This document shows, piece after piece, positions 26,420-40,706 of a stretch of 64,000 nucleotides of DNA; the first letter of the stretch is position 1, and every line of letters begins with the position of its first letter. Made by a program: the position numbers and the translations under genes. The notes beneath the pieces were generated by a model. It had not been told where the DNA came from. It worked only from the letters and a program-made list of their open reading frames with translations, and did no database searches. Source of the stretch: Eledone cirrhosa (taxonomy: Eukaryota); NCBI GenBank assembly GCA_964016885.1, contig OZ024744.1, positions 51,274,001 through 51,338,000 of the forward strand, in the 5' to 3' direction.

Positions 26420-26834
26420 TATTATGTTAATCTATAGAAGACCCTAGTGGCCAATAAAGGTACTATTATGTTAATCTATAGAATACCCTAGTGGCCAATA
26501 AAGGTACTATTATGTTAATCTATAGAAGACCCTAGTGGCCAATAAAGGTACTATTATGTTAATCTATAGAAGACCCTAGTGGCTAATAAAGGTACAATTA
26601 TGTTAATCTATAGAAGACCCTAGTGGCCAATAAAGGTACTATTATGTTAATCTATAGAAGACCCTAGTGGTCAATAAAGGTACTATTATGTTAATCTATA
26701 GAAGACCCTAGTGGCCAATAAAGGTACTATTATGTTAATCTATAGAAGACCCTAGTGGCCAATAAAGGTACTATTATGTTAATCTATAGAAGACCCTAGT
26801 GGCCAATAAAGGTACTATTATGTTAATCTATAGA
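26420..26834. repeat. 44-bp tandem minisatellite, ~9.4 copies
   Basis: Unit TATTATGTTAATCTATAGAAGACCCTAGTGGCCAATAAAGGTAC; GTGG recurs at 26447, 26491 ... 26799. Confidence 0.95.
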
Positions 26835-27430
26835 ATTAAATATAGGGTTACGATTTCATTTTATAATTATCATTCAGGTATTAATCACGTGTATTAGTAC
26901 AACGTGATAATATATTGAATATTTGCTCATTAGGGATAAAGCAATTAATAGGTATGCAAAAGTTATTAATTATAAAGTAATTAATTAAATGCTACGAGGA
27001 TTCAAAAATTAACCAAAGAAAACTAATTTTATCATGAGAATGTCCAGAGAATATCATGTGGGCGACATTTATAATAATTCCTTGTTTATGGTTCAAAAGA
27101 CACACACACACACACACAAACACCTTGCTCACACACACACATATCCAGGTAGTGTAACATGAAGTTACTGTAGGTTCACCCAGGTGAGCAACAGATGTTT
27201 AGGTTCACGCAGAAATGTCTATGACAAGCCAAAACACCACACCCCCGCAACTCACATCAACCATCACTCCCCACCACCACCTCATCACTATGCCCCCCCC
27301 TATCACACATGCCAAAACATTCCTCATAGCTAAACCACCAATCAAAACAACATAAACTGAACACCATATGAAGACGAAACGTTAGACATTTCTATGCTTT
27401 ATATGTTTATTCTGTCATTACAACAGCAGA

Positions 27431-27515
27431 GGTCTGACGAGCTTTTGATTCCAGAGTCGAGTTAGATCGATACAGATCGAACCTTGAGCTGATCAATAGC
27501 GAAACGCGCGTCACC
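27431..27515 (+). ncRNA. Type-I hammerhead ribozyme
   Basis: GGT-CTGACGA-GCTTTTGAT...ATCAATAGC-GAAA-CGCGCG-TC-ACC. Homologous to 52444-52524. Confidence 0.8.
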
Positions 27516-27559
27516 AATCAATAAATGTAATGAAGGCACAACAAATCGTCCTTGTATTA

Positions 27560-27850
27560 TCTATATTACTAAAGCAGAGAATGTCTGTTTGTCTGTCTGT
27601 CTGTCCAATCACTAAAACTCAAGAACCACCCAACCGAGCTTTTTCAAACTTTACACATGTAATACTTATGGTCCCGTGAGAGTTTTGAGCAAAACATATT
27701 TCAAATTCTCAATGCCCTATAGACCGCATTATGCGATTTAGCGATCTCCCTCTATAATTCTTAGTCATTCTTTTTAGATAGATACATAGCTATAACGTTG
27801 CGCCCTTATAATATCTGTCTGTATGTCTGGCTGTCTGCATTACGACATTA
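27560..27850 (+). mobile_element. Helitron-like 5' fragment
   Basis: A|TCTATATTACTAAAGCAGAGAATGTCTGTTTGTCTGTCTG: TC start plus GTCT repeats, similar to the 5' region of the Helitron at ~1310. No 3' end seen. Confidence 0.55.
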
Positions 27851-27860
27851 TGACGCTATA

Positions 27861-27892
<32 letters not shown>

Positions 27893-27961
27893 ATGGGGTA
27901 ACAAATCATTGTTATAGGTAGTCCACCTTTTGATCTTATATTATATTATATATATATATAT

Positions 27962-28301
27962 ATAAGATCAAAAGATGGTTAAAAGAGTTCCATGTATTTT
28001 ATTATGCGCATTTCAAAAACAAATATCATCATGGGATGATATTTGCGTGCTCATCAGATAAAATAGGGAGACATGATATGAAGCTTAAAAAACACTTGGG
28101 AGCAGTGAAGTGTTAAATCAACATATGAAAAATAAAATAAGATGGATATATGAGATTGGGGGAAAAAAAACAGAGAAGGAAGGGGGAAGGAAAAGGTAAG
28201 GAAGAGGAAGAAAGAAAATAATAATAAAAAAATATATATAATAATAAGGAAAGGATGGCGGAGGAGGAGTATAAGAAGGAAGGATGAAAGAGGAGAAATG
28301 A

Positions 28302-28390
<89 letters not shown>

Positions 28391-29300
28391 TTTAATACTG
28401 AGAAACACTGCCTCAAAGAGAGAAATAAAAAAAAACCGTTGTAAGATAATACATAATCTAAAAAAATTTTGAAATTAAAAGTTAATGAGGTTTATGAATG
28501 GTAATGTTTATGATTAAAGAAAAAGGAATTAAGAATACTAATTATTTAAGGTTTATATATTGAAGGGTTTAATAATATGTGCGAAAAGGATTAATATGTA
28601 TTATTAAAATAAAGGATTAATATGTATTATTAACATAAACAAATATTAAGGAGAATAATGTGAATGAAGAAAAGGTTAAATGAATTATGAACTTAGAGGA
28701 ATTAGTTAGGGTCCAAGTTTTTTTCTATGTATTGTAATAGGAAAAAGTAAATAATAGGTTTAATACGAGCACGGAAGGAGAGAAGAAAGAAGAAAATTTA
28801 AGAAAGAAAAAATATATAACGTCAAAAAAAATATATGTTTACAAAATTTACTAATGGTAATATTAGTATATATTAAAAATATAGTTTGTATGGCCAAGAA
28901 TATAAGGAAAATGCTATAGTGAGTTATAATATGAATTAAGAAGTAATTAAGAAGTAAAATTTACAGATTAAAGATTATAAATTAGAAATTAAAAAAGAAG
29001 AAAAAAAGGGGACCGCTAACGACATAGAATGAGTAAATTGTATAATATAATATACTGAAATAAGGTAGAAAGATGGGTATATGTGTAAAAGATAAAAAAG
29101 CGTTTGAGAAAAGAAGATTTTAAACTAATTAGGTAGTAAGATATTAGCTGTATACTTTATGGAAAGTTCTATGGGATTTATGCAAGCAGAGCGAAAATAA
29201 ATCCGTACGTCTATTTATTATAGAATTAAAATGAGAGATAATGGTAAATTTCTCGGCTAGGCATCTGCTCTCCAGCTTGGTACCGTTTCTGCACTTTTCT
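27962..29300 (-). mobile_element. PLE remnant: GIY-YIG C-terminus, long AT-rich 3' UTR and HHR-containing pLTR
   Basis: ORF 29144-29413 ends CLAEKFTII...IINRRTDLFSLCLHK, matching the C-terminal motif of the 9606-10353 protein. A same-strand HHR lies ~1.1 kb downstream. Confidence 0.65.
27995..28065 (-). ncRNA. Minimal type-I hammerhead ribozyme
   Basis: Minus strand: TATTTTAT-CTGATGA-GCACGCAAATATCATC-CCAT-GATGATATTTGTTTTT-GAAA-TGCGCA-TA-ATAAAATA. Confidence 0.75.
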
Positions 29301-30523
29301 AATTTGTTATTCTTCCTCTTTTTAAACTCTACTTTGATAAACATTTCCACCCGAAACATCAAATCTCTTTTCCCCCTCTCATTTAATTCGGTAGAAAAAT
29401 GTCCACAGTACACGCATTATACACATTTTCGTATATATATTTCGTCAATCACGCGACTTGGATTTCCACTTTTTTTACTTCTTTGTTTTAAACGCTGGCG
29501 TTTTAATAGTTTACTCTTTTACCTGTTTATATTCTAGGCAGACGGATCCTCTCCAAAAAGATAAAAAAAAAAAACAAGAAAAAACAACAAAAAAAAAAAC
29601 AAAAAAAAAACAACAACAACAAAGCAGCAGCAACAACAACAACAACAACAACAACAACAAAACAACAAAAAACATCCAGTACATTAATTAAAACTCCGCT
29701 GCTGCAATTTTGTTCCCCGCAGGGACCGAGGGAGTAACATCCACCTACGGGTTCACACTTCAGACAGACAGATCGAGTTATACACACACACACACACACA
29801 CACAAATATACATATATATATGTGTATATTATATATCATATATATAAATACTATATATTATATATATATATATAATATATATATATAGTATATTAGTATA
29901 TATACATATATATAGTATATATATAGTATTTATATTAACCGTTCGACTTTTAGCTTCCACGTTGTATTGATTGTTTTTTTCTTCCTTTCGTTTGTACCCA
30001 CATCTATGTGTGTGAGTGTATATGTGTCTGTATGAGTTTACACACACACACACGCACACACACATACATACATACACACATACGCACATACACACGCACA
30101 CACACATACACACATATATATGCACACATCAATATCAATTAATATTATAATATAGATTTTTCTGTTTCGTACATTTTCTAACAGAATGGTGTTTTATAAT
30201 GCTGACTGGATATTGCTGTGTTCCATTTGTGACATTTGTGACAAGGATAAACAAACAAATAATAGTTGGATGTTTCTAGAAATAGAAATAACGAAGCAAG
30301 CAGCAACAAGTCGTATTCTGTTCAATAGCAGAATAGCGATTAAACGATGATGGCTATATGAACGGGTTTAATGGTTATATATGAACTGTGAAGAGAAACT
30401 GTGAATACACGTTTGAAAAGATAACCGTATTAATTCCATTACAACTTCAAGAGAAACGTGTACACACACACGTGTACACACACACGTGTACACAGATACA
30501 TATACACACACATCCATCATTCC

Positions 30524-30554
<31 letters not shown>

Positions 30555-30751
30555 TACATACGTATATATATATATATATATATATATCTATATCTGCATA
30601 CATCTATTAACACATGTGTGCATTTATCTACCAATCTATCAATTTACATATTTATCAATATATATATATATATATCGACAGTCGATCGACTTTCGTCAAA
30701 TCGTACCGAGGAAACTATCTATCGGTCGCAACTCCAGGTAGAAGGAACAAC

Positions 30752-30854
30752 GTGAAATAAAGTGTCTTGCTCAAGGACATAACGCATCGCCCGGTTCAGG
30801 AACCGAACTCACAACCTCACGATTGTGAATCCAATTCTCTAACCACTCAGCCAC
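30752..30854 (-). mobile_element. tRNA-derived CORE-type SINE fragment
   Basis: Minus strand: GTGGCTGAGTGGTTAG (A box), GAGTTCGGTTCC (B box), TGTCCTTGAGCAAGACACTT (CORE-like). Confidence 0.7.
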
Positions 30855-30888
30855 ACACCTATATATATATCTATATATATTATATATA

Positions 30889-31041
30889 TTTAATATATAA
30901 ATGGCTTCTAAAGGACTAGAACTGTTTCATACAAATAAAACAGTTCTAGTCCTGTAGAAGCCATTTCTATATTAAATAATTATACTCTGCTATGTATTAA
31001 GTACCTTACTTACTGTGGTTACCCTCGACCGAACCCGGGAT
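30889..31041 (+). mobile_element. Small fold-back element with 3' tail
   Basis: Inverted arms AATGGCTTCTAAAGGACTAGAACTGTTT / AAACAGTTCTAGTCCTGTAGAAGCCATT. The tail TACCTTACTTACTGTGGTTACCC recurs in reverse complement at 63961-64000, and arm sequence recurs at ~44161-44195. Confidence 0.6.
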
Positions 31042-31320
31042 ACACACACACACATGCACACACACATACACACACACCACACACATACACACACAAATAT
31101 ATATATATATATATATTTCGTTTTTTAATTTGTTTTGCAAGATTTCTTATCTGAAAACGTGTGTTGAAACAGATATTGTTATACATTGGGAAGGTCCTGC
31201 TGCCAATAAAACCACACACACCCGGATATAACGCATGCGCAAACTAAGCGCAGAACACACAGCACACAAAGCAAGATGGTGTTGGACAGAACAAAGGAGG
31301 GACACCAAATAAAAACCTAG

Positions 31321-31361
31321 TCACTGAGGAGGTTACAGAATGTCAGACGAAAGAGCTTTGA
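31321..31361 (+). ncRNA. Degenerate hammerhead motif
   Basis: TCA-CTGAGGA-GGTTACAGAATGTCAGAC-GAAA-GAGC-TT-TGA; stem II is poorly paired. Confidence 0.4.
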
Positions 31362-31820
31362 TAATATTTAAATGACCATCCGGTTATTGAACCAATCAAG
31401 CAACTGGAAATTTATAATAAAATGAAGTGAGATCCAACAAGTTGGCGTCTTTTTATTGGCATCATGACCCTCCCAAAGTATAACAATATGCATATATATA
31501 TATATATATAATATAATACACACACGCAGGCACGCAGATACGCACGCACACACACACACACGCATGCACACACACACGCATGTACACACAGAAACAGACA
31601 TATGTATCTATCTATATATATATTTGTGTGTGCATATGTGAGTATACATATAATGAGAAATTGATAGGTAGAAAAACGTTTTAACATAATTACAATTTAC
31701 TAAATATAAAACGTCCAATTAACAAACGATATTATATTTCGATATAAATGTTTCCTCATCGAAATATCATATCATTATAACACACACACACATATATATA
31801 TACGCAGACATATATATACG

Positions 31821-31883
<63 letters not shown>

Positions 31884-31887
<4 letters not shown>

Positions 31888-32264
31888 ACATACGTTAACC
31901 TTGGTCTTCCACTTCTTGTGTGTCCATGTAGGGGCTCCCAAAGGAGCACTGAGTGCAATGTCAACTCTGGATGTCGGTGAGCATGTCCAGCTAACTTCAG
32001 TCTCCTCTGTGTCACTTTTGAGCTGACTTTTGGGATGCTCCCATACAGCTCTGAGTTTTTCATCCTCAGTGTATACTGATTAATGTTCAGAGCCATCCTC
32101 AGCATTCTCGTGTAGCACCCATCCACCATCTGAGTGAGTTTCTTGGTCAGTGTCCAAGTCTCAGACCCATACTTTTGGAGACGCAGTACATGGCAGCGAT
32201 CATGAGGGACAGAGACCGCTGGAGAGAACTCGTCCATGGATCTCGGGAATTTTACCCGCCTTAG
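31884..32264 (+). mobile_element. RTE-clade LINE 3' fragment with 5' inversion, in (TA)n
   Basis: Minus 31884-32171 encodes YGSETWTLTK...RRLKLAGH...GRPRLTYVD. Plus 32175-32264 encodes [22 protein letters not shown]...PP-stop, followed by (TA)n. Confidence 0.85.
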
Positions 32265-32297
<33 letters not shown>

Positions 32298-32413
32298 TTG
32301 TTTACTTACACACACACACACTCATATATATATATATATATATATATAGTATAAATGTCTCTGATTTTAAGCCCCATGGATTTTATCTGTTATATTCCTG
32401 TGTTATATTTCGA

Positions 32414-32471
32414 ATACCTGATGATGTCACCGGATTCATACTGAACCCGGTCATTGAAATGATCATAGTAT
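32414..32471 (+). ncRNA. Minimal type-I hammerhead ribozyme
   Basis: ATAC-CTGATGA-TGTCACCGG...CCGGTCATT-GAAA-TGATCA-TA-GTAT, within a ~315-bp element (32349-32665) between (TA)n tracts. Confidence 0.75.
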
Positions 32472-33114
32472 AATAAACCTTTTAAGGAATTACACCAGTC
32501 CAGTCTCCTGTTATTTTATAATGATTAACTCCGTACTCGCACCACCAAATACACAAACGAAGACGGGTGAGTTGCATTACGTTGAGTGCTCTCCATAATA
32601 TTACATTGAGGTTGACCATACGGAATGACCAGTTCTATCCAGTGGTAAACCAACAAACCTAAATAAATATATATAGTATAAATATAGTTTCATACAGTTA
32701 ACATATATGTGCAACCATTGGTTTTGGGGTCCAGTTATGGCCAACACTGTATTGTGGAGGAGGCTGTTCCAAACAGGTCCCTCATCGGGCATTCGGACAA
32801 AAATATGCGTACACACACACACATACTCATACACACATATCCTCTTCCAAATACTAAAACACTTATATATACACCCACACACATATATATATATATACAG
32901 ACATACATATATACATACATTCAAACAAACATACATACATACATACATACATACATACATACATACATACATACATACACATATCAATCTACACACACAC
33001 AGTACACAACACCTCGTACACAGATTAAAATGGACAAGCTCTCCCTAAATTCAATTTTACTCACGACCAAACACCACCACCACTACAACTACCACCATCT
33101 CATGAAAAAATTGA

Positions 33115-33724
33115 TTCTCCTTTTGGCACAAGGCCACTATTATCCCAGTGTATTACTGGTACTTTATTTTATCGACCCCGTAAAGATGAAAGGCAAAGTT
33201 AACATCGGCGGGATTTGAACTCAGACTATAAAGGGACGTAACTCTTTGCTGAAGCATGGCGTCCGACCCTCTACCGATACTGCCAATCTACCGCCCTTAT
33301 TAATAATATTAATAATTGTTTCTACTTTAGGCACAAGGCCAGCAATTACCCAGTGCATTACTGGTACTTTATTTTATCGACCCCGTAAGGATGAAAGGCA
33401 AAGTTAACCTCGGCGGGATTTGAACTCAGATCGTAAAGGGACGTAACTATGTTGGAAAGAATGGCGTCCGACTCTCTACCGATACTGCCAATCCACCGCA
33501 GTTTCATAATGATTTCTTATATAGACACAAGGCCAGCAATTTTGGAGGAGGGGAAACTCTATTAAATCGACCCAAGTGCGTGACTGGTACTTTATTTTAT
33601 CGAGCCAAGAAGGATGAAAGGCATAGTTAACCTCGGCGGGATTTGAACTTAGACCATAAAGGGCCGTAACTCTATGTTGCAAAGCATGGCGTCCGACCCT
33701 CTACCGATACTGCCAATCCACCGA
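33115..33724 (-). mobile_element. Three tandem tRNA-derived SINE copies
   Basis: Minus-strand head GGTGGATTGGCAGTATCGGTAGAG (A box), GAGTTCAAATCC (B box), conserved central GCCTTTCATCCTTACGGGGTCGATAAAATAAAGTACCAG, tail AGAAACAATT(ATT)n. Confidence 0.88.
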
Positions 33725-34219
33725 TCTCATGAAATAATGACACGATAACGTAACATAGATGATCTACATACATCGTTACAACTATTTAGAGAAAGAGTTT
33801 CTCTCCCTCTCTCTGCTACATATCTGAACTTTGACTTGTCATAGAAAAAATAATAATGTGAAAATATTATGGAATTTGAGATACACAAACAAACCATCAA
33901 ATAACATATAGTAAACGTGACGTCATTTTCAAGTCCTGAATGACAATAATGGTCTATTGATAATCGGCATGTCAATACCAACTGGGTATAATAATTTAAA
34001 GAAAATAACAGGATCTATGGAATTCCACTGGCCTAGATGTTGAAATTAAGACATCATGGCAGCTAAAGATCGTATTTGTTATTACGACAACTGGGCTGGT
34101 ACATATACTATTCCTATAATGGATAGATTGATAGATTACCCATAAAGATGGCCATATGTACGTTCTAGAAAATAAAGTTACTATCGGAGTGGATGTCCAC
34201 TGTTAATAAATTCATTTTC

Positions 34220-34438
34220 ATAATGATTTCTGATTTAGACACAAAGCCAACAATTTTTTGGGGAAGGGACAATCGATTAAATCGACCCCAGTGCGTTACT
34301 GGTACTGTTTTACCGACCCCCGTAAAGATGAACGGCAAAGCTAACCTCTGCAGGATTTGAATTTACAATGGAAAGGGACGTAAATATATGCCACAAAGCA
34401 TGCTGTCCGACGCTCTACCGATATTGCCAATCCACCAC
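34220..34438 (-). mobile_element. tRNA-derived SINE (longer subfamily)
   Basis: Same head and central domain, with an extra GGGACAATCGATTAAATCGAC segment. Confidence 0.8.
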
Positions 34439-35676
34439 TATCATAATGTCTATCACCTAATTTTCACAGCCATTTGTGTAAAAACATTGCGACACTACCT
34501 CTGAAGCCGGACAAAGGTACGTTCGAGAAAATAATAATACCAGCGCATGTGAATGTTGCTAACTATTGAACTAAAGACGTTATGGTAGTTAAAGAATGTT
34601 TGGATTAATACAAACACAATACTGTAAAACCTTCGACAGATTATCTGTAAAATTAGGCAAAGATACCTTCTAAAAATAGCAATACTAAGTGTTAGAGCAC
34701 TCTGACACAACATTTATGACTTCAAATATTTTGGGTTTTTTCTCCGAGATATATTTAAAAAAATAAATAAATAAACATGCACTTAAATCTCCTGAATTAG
34801 GGAAAAGACAAGGAGATTGAAGTTCGAAAACAACCCACCACCTTTTTCTGTCCCGAAAATATGCCTTCTTTCATCCATCTTTGATAAAATTAGCTGAAAA
34901 TCAGAACTTTAATCTTACCTCTCATTGCTTGTTTCGTTGGATAAGGGTTGCTTTAACATCCGCGATGTTCGTATGTCTCTTGAGAGTATAGATTTGTTCC
35001 AGGAAAGTTCCCCTCCAAGGACCAAGATTAGGCGAGGTGTTCTTATGGACAACCTTCAGTGATCCATGGATGTCATGCTCTCCTCACCACGACACTGATG
35101 TTGACCAAGAGAAAGGCAAATACAGATACAGCTTGGTACCAGTGCCATAGCAATTCATAGATAAATGATCTAAACACTACATATAAATTATATATACACT
35201 TTATATACATTATATATACATTGTATTTGTTCTGCATACAAACTATACATACACGATATATAATATAGCGCAAAGAAAATCAAATGTTAAAATTTGGCAA
35301 AGTTCAGTACGGTGGAATTTGAACTTTGTGTGGAATTTAACGATATTTTAACGACATTACGTATTTGCTGCCAATGTAAACTGTATTATATTATATCATA
35401 TTGTATCATATTATGTTATATTGCATTATATTATATTGTATATATTATATTATATTGTATTATACTATGTTGTATTATATTATATTATATATAACATTAT
35501 ACTGTTACATTATATTAAATTGTATTTACATTATACTATATTAGATTATATAATATATTATAATATATTATATTATACTATATTATAGTATAGTATAGTA
35601 TAGTACAGTATAGTATAATATAATATAATATAATATAATATTGTATAGTATAATATAATATAACATAATATAATAT

Positions 35677-35822
35677 AATTGTTTCTACTTTTGGCACAAA
35701 TACCAGTAATGTACTGGGTATTTACCCAGTACATTACTGGTACTTTATTTTATCGATCCCGTAAGGATGAAAGGCAAAGTTAACCTCGGCGGGATTTGAA
35801 CTCAGATCGTAAAGGGACGTAA
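35677..35822 (-). mobile_element. tRNA-derived SINE, truncated, in a (TAATA)n array
   Basis: Homology to the 33315-33498 copy. Confidence 0.8.
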
Positions 35823-36106
35823 ATATAATATAATATAATACTTATAATATAATATAATATAATATAACATAAAATAAAAAAATATTATACTATATTATAT
35901 TATATTATAATATATTATATTATATTGTATTATATTATACTATATCATTTTAGGGCCGCTACTATTTATATGTAGTGGTCCAGCCCATTCTACCCAGGGG
36001 GCATCGTACTTTCGCACAACACCATATAAAGCGGTGAAATTTATAAGACTTTTAGTATCTCTGATTTGTCTTTTCCTTGAACTATATATATATATATATA
36101 TATATA

Positions 36107-36540
36107 TACGATATATTAACAAATGGAAACTATATTTATAAAACCATATTTATTTCATTATACATATTTCAAGGACACCAAGTTAAATTATGGTGTGCTT
36201 TCATCAGATAAAATATAATATAGATCCGTTTTATAAATAAATATTGACATACCCTTAAAGAATGCGACCATTTCTGTTGGAAGCTCCCGGATAGTCGCAT
36301 TCTTTAAGGGTATGTCAATATTTATTTATAAAACTGATCTATATTATATTTTATCTCATGAAAGCACACCATAATTTAACTTGGTGTCCTTGAAATATGT
36401 ATAATGAAATAAATATGGTTTTATAAATATAGTTTCCATTTGTTAATATATCGTATTTTTACTCCAATAATTTGTTGAGTGCTTTATATCAGTTATAAAA
36501 ATATTTGCTTGTTGTATCCCAACAATTTAAATAGAACTTC

Positions 36541-36543
<3 letters not shown>
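36107..36543 (+). mobile_element. Palindromic PLE-type element in (TA)n with a hammerhead in each arm
   Basis: Arms ~36107-36271 and ~36293-36456. HHR on minus at 36151-36215 (CTGATGA) and on plus at 36347-36411 (mutated CTCATGA). 3' tail runs to 36543. Confidence 0.85.
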
Positions 36544-36589
<46 letters not shown>

Positions 36590-36594
<5 letters not shown>

Positions 36595-37750
36595 AATTAA
36601 TAAAAACAATGAAATAAAAACAAAGAACAAGTTCTTTATATTAAAAAATTCATCATGTTGCGATCGTTTCTAGGATGTATATGTGTGTTGGTATCATATA
36701 GATCTATGTAAAATTATTACAAATTATCAGAGGAAATATACATACCTTCACATATACATGTGATGAGATTTGATGAGATTTGTTTACAGAAATGATGAGA
36801 TTTGTTTATTGAAAAAACCTAACAAAAATTTAATATAAAAGGTCTGTTTGGGAACAGGTTTTGAATTGACCAATAGAAAAGTAGTTAGAGGTCAAGTTGA
36901 TAGAATAGTGGTAGTAGAAATTTAATTTAGGGGTAGAGGAGTGCAGACTTATGTTTTGAATGAAAATAATACTTTGGGGATGAAAAGAGGTCAAGCCAGT
37001 GAAGAGTACACGAAAATTTGATGTTATTAAAGAATAATGTTAAAAACGAAGGAAAATAAAATTTCAGGGTAAGGATATTAGTGAGAAATACCAATCGTAT
37101 TTAAACCACAAGGAATCTAGATCTATAACAAGAAATTAAATTAACTGATAGGTATACTTATAGGGATAAATTTATATTAATTCATATGAATGTGATAAAT
37201 AAGAATTAGATGTTATTAAAGAGTGTTGTTAAAAACGAAGGAAAGTAAAATTTTGGGATAAGGGTAGTAGTGAGAAATACCAATCTTATATAAACTACAA
37301 GGAATCTAGATTCATAACAGGAAATTAAATTAATTTATAGGTATACTTTTAGGTATTAATTTTAGGAAAAGGGAGCTGTAAGAGGGAAATAAAATTATGA
37401 AGTTCTCTGTAGTAAAGAACTAATTATAGGTTAACTAAATTAAAAAAAACTAATTATAACAATATGTAAAATATAAGTGTAAGGTGTATATTAATTAGGT
37501 TTATAATATTTGAAGGTTCTTCTAATTCTATGATTGCAAGATATAATTAATTCCTGTCGCTTATTTAATAGGATATCCTTAGATTTCATGATTTCAAAAA
37601 GTACCTGGGAGCATAACCTACACTCGTATCTTGACTCTGTTTTCCTATGATTTTCATCGAACATTTTTGAATGCATCTTCTCTTTTCATGATATTTGGAT
37701 TACATTGAGTTCTTCATACGGATTGGACACTACCGTATATTTTGGTAGAT
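36590..37750 (-). mobile_element. PLE remnant (GIY-YIG C-terminus + AT-rich 3' UTR)
   Basis: ORF 37491-37676: YECRLC...ILLNKRQELIISCNH. Only a partial HHR 3' half (GAAACGATCG, minus) is seen near 36660. Confidence 0.6.
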
Positions 37751-37751
37751 T

Positions 37752-37827
<76 letters not shown>

Positions 37828-38214
37828 TATATATATATTCTGTAGTACAGGATATGTACAAGGTATATATATATGTCTCTATAATATTGCTATACATATA
37901 TTGTGAAGTAGAGTTGAGCAATATGATATACCACAATATAATATAGTATGATTGATATAATTTATATACAGAAGAGTGTGATATTAAGGTTGTGGGTTCG
38001 ATTACATGGCGCGACGGCGTATTGCGCCAATTTCATTTCCCGACGCACGCTTCCGTCAACTCAGTTAAAGATAAGTACCAGAAGCAGCAGCAGTAGCAGC
38101 AGTAACAGCAACAGCAGTAGCAGCAGCTTTGTTAGCCTTCAGACTTACTGGCGTCCATTCAAACGAGGAATCTTGTACTCCCAGTCATTCAACGCCTCAT
38201 GAAAAAACCGAAAC

Positions 38215-38323
<109 letters not shown>

Positions 38324-38559
38324 CTCCAGCCAAATGAACCTCTCAAATTGTAACCTTTAACTCATAACATAATATATGACTTTACTTAAGCCATAACTCC
38401 TGTTGGAGTCGTATGAGCGCCCTAGTGACATTCGGCACTTCTTGGCCATTTTAAAACCTGGCGTAGATCATCTCCTTTCCAGATTTGAATACACCAGATT
38501 TCTTCTAGAGAATGATTGAGAGTGAGAGAATGGAAGTGAGAAAGAGATATAGAGGAAGA

Positions 38560-40706
38560 ATCAATCCCAGAATTAGACTGGTACTTTTCTTTTTATCAAC
38601 TTCGAATGGATGAAAGGCAAAGTTGACCTCAGCGGGATTTGAACTCAGAGAGCAGAGATTCGGAAAGAATATTGTAAATCATTCTATCTGACTGGGACAA
38701 TTCGCCGACTACAATATATTCCAATATAATATAATATAATATAATATAATATATTGTAATATAATATTATATTATACTAGCAGAAAAACCACCCTTCGGG
38801 TGGTTTTTCTACTTGTATCATATAATTGTTTCTACTTTTGGCATAAGGCCAGCAATTGCCCAGTGCATTACTGGTACTTTATTTTATCGACCCCGTAAGG
38901 ATGAAAGGCAAAGTTAACCTCGGCGGGATTTGAACTCAGATCATAAAGGGGCATAACTATGCTAGAAAGCATCGCGTCTGACCCTCTACCGATACTGCCT
39001 ATCTACTTTAAATGATATAATTTATGTAATATAATATAATATATGTAATATAATTGTTTCTACTATTGGCACAAGGCCAGCAATTACCCAGTACATTACT
39101 GGTACTTTATTTTATCAACCCCGTAAGGATGAAAGGCAAAGTTAACCTCGGTGGGATTTGAACTCAGATACAATATAATATAATGTAATATTATATAATA
39201 TATATTATAATATAATATAATATAATATAATATAATTGTTTCTACTTTTTGGCAAAAGGCCAGAAATTAACTTACCCAGTACATTACTGGTACTTTATTT
39301 TATTGACCCCGTAAGGAAGAAAGGCAAAGTTAACCTCGGCGGGATTCGAACTCAGAATGGCAAGGGCCGTAACTCTATGCGTCAAAGCATGGCGTCCGAC
39401 CCTCTATAATATAATATAATGTAATATAATATAATATAATATAATATAATAGTTTCTACTTTAGGCACAAGGCCAGCAATTATCCAGTACATTACTGGTA
39501 CTTTATTTTATCGATCTCGTAAGGATGAAAGGCAAAGATAACCTCGGCGGTATATAATATAATATGATGTAATGTAATATAATATAATATAATATAATAT
39601 AATATAATATAATATTATAATATAATATAATATAATATAATATAATATAATGTAATGTACTATAATATAATATAATATATTATTATATAATATAATATAA
39701 TATGATGTAATGTAACATAATATAATATAATATAATATAATATAATATAATATAATATATAATATAATATAATATAATATGATGTAATGTAATATAATAT
39801 ATAATATAATATAATATAATATAATATAATATAATATAATATAATATAATATAATATAACATAATATAATATAATATAATATAATGTAATATAATATAAT
39901 ATAATATAATATAATGTAATGTAATGTAATATAATATAATATAATATAATATAATATAATGTAATGTATGTAATATAATATAATATAATATAATTGTTTC
40001 TACCTTTTGGCACAAGGCCAGAAATTACCTCAACCAGTACATTACTGGTCTTTATTTTATCGACCCCGTAAAGAAGAAAGGCAAAGTTAACCTCGGCGGG
40101 ATTTGAACTCAGAATGGCAAGGGCCGTAACTCTATGCGTCAAAGCATGGCGTCCGACCCTCTATAATATAATATAATGTAAGGTAATATAATACAATATA
40201 ATATATTATAATATAATATAATATAATATAATTGTTTCTATTTTAGGCACAAGGCCAGCAAATACCCAGAGCATTACTGGTACTTTAGTTTATCGACCTC
40301 GTAAGGATGAAAGGCAAAGTCAACCTCGGCGGGATTTGAACTCAGATCGTAAAGGGACGTAACTATGCTGGATAGCATGGCGTCCAACCCTCTACCGATT
40401 CTGCCATCCACCGTCATGATATAATATAATATAATATAATATATAATATGATGTAATGTAATATAATATAATATAATATAATACAATATAATATAATGTA
40501 ATATAATGTAATATAATATAATATAATATAATATAATATAATATAATATAATATAATATAATATAATATAATATAATATAATATAATATAATATGATGTA
40601 ATGTAATATAATATAATATAATATAATATAATATAATATAATATAATATAATGTAATGTAATGTAATGTAATATAATATAATTGTTTCTACGTTTGGCAC
40701 AAGGCC
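38560..40706 (-). mobile_element. Cluster of ~8 SINE copies/fragments interleaved with (TAATA)n arrays
   Basis: Copies at ~38565, 38824, 39052, 39234, 39450, 39992, 40230 and 40680, all in the same orientation. Confidence 0.85.

Noticed and set aside
33315-33498. tRNA genes
   Set aside because: A and B boxes are present but continue into a SINE body with many truncated copies; no cloverleaf.
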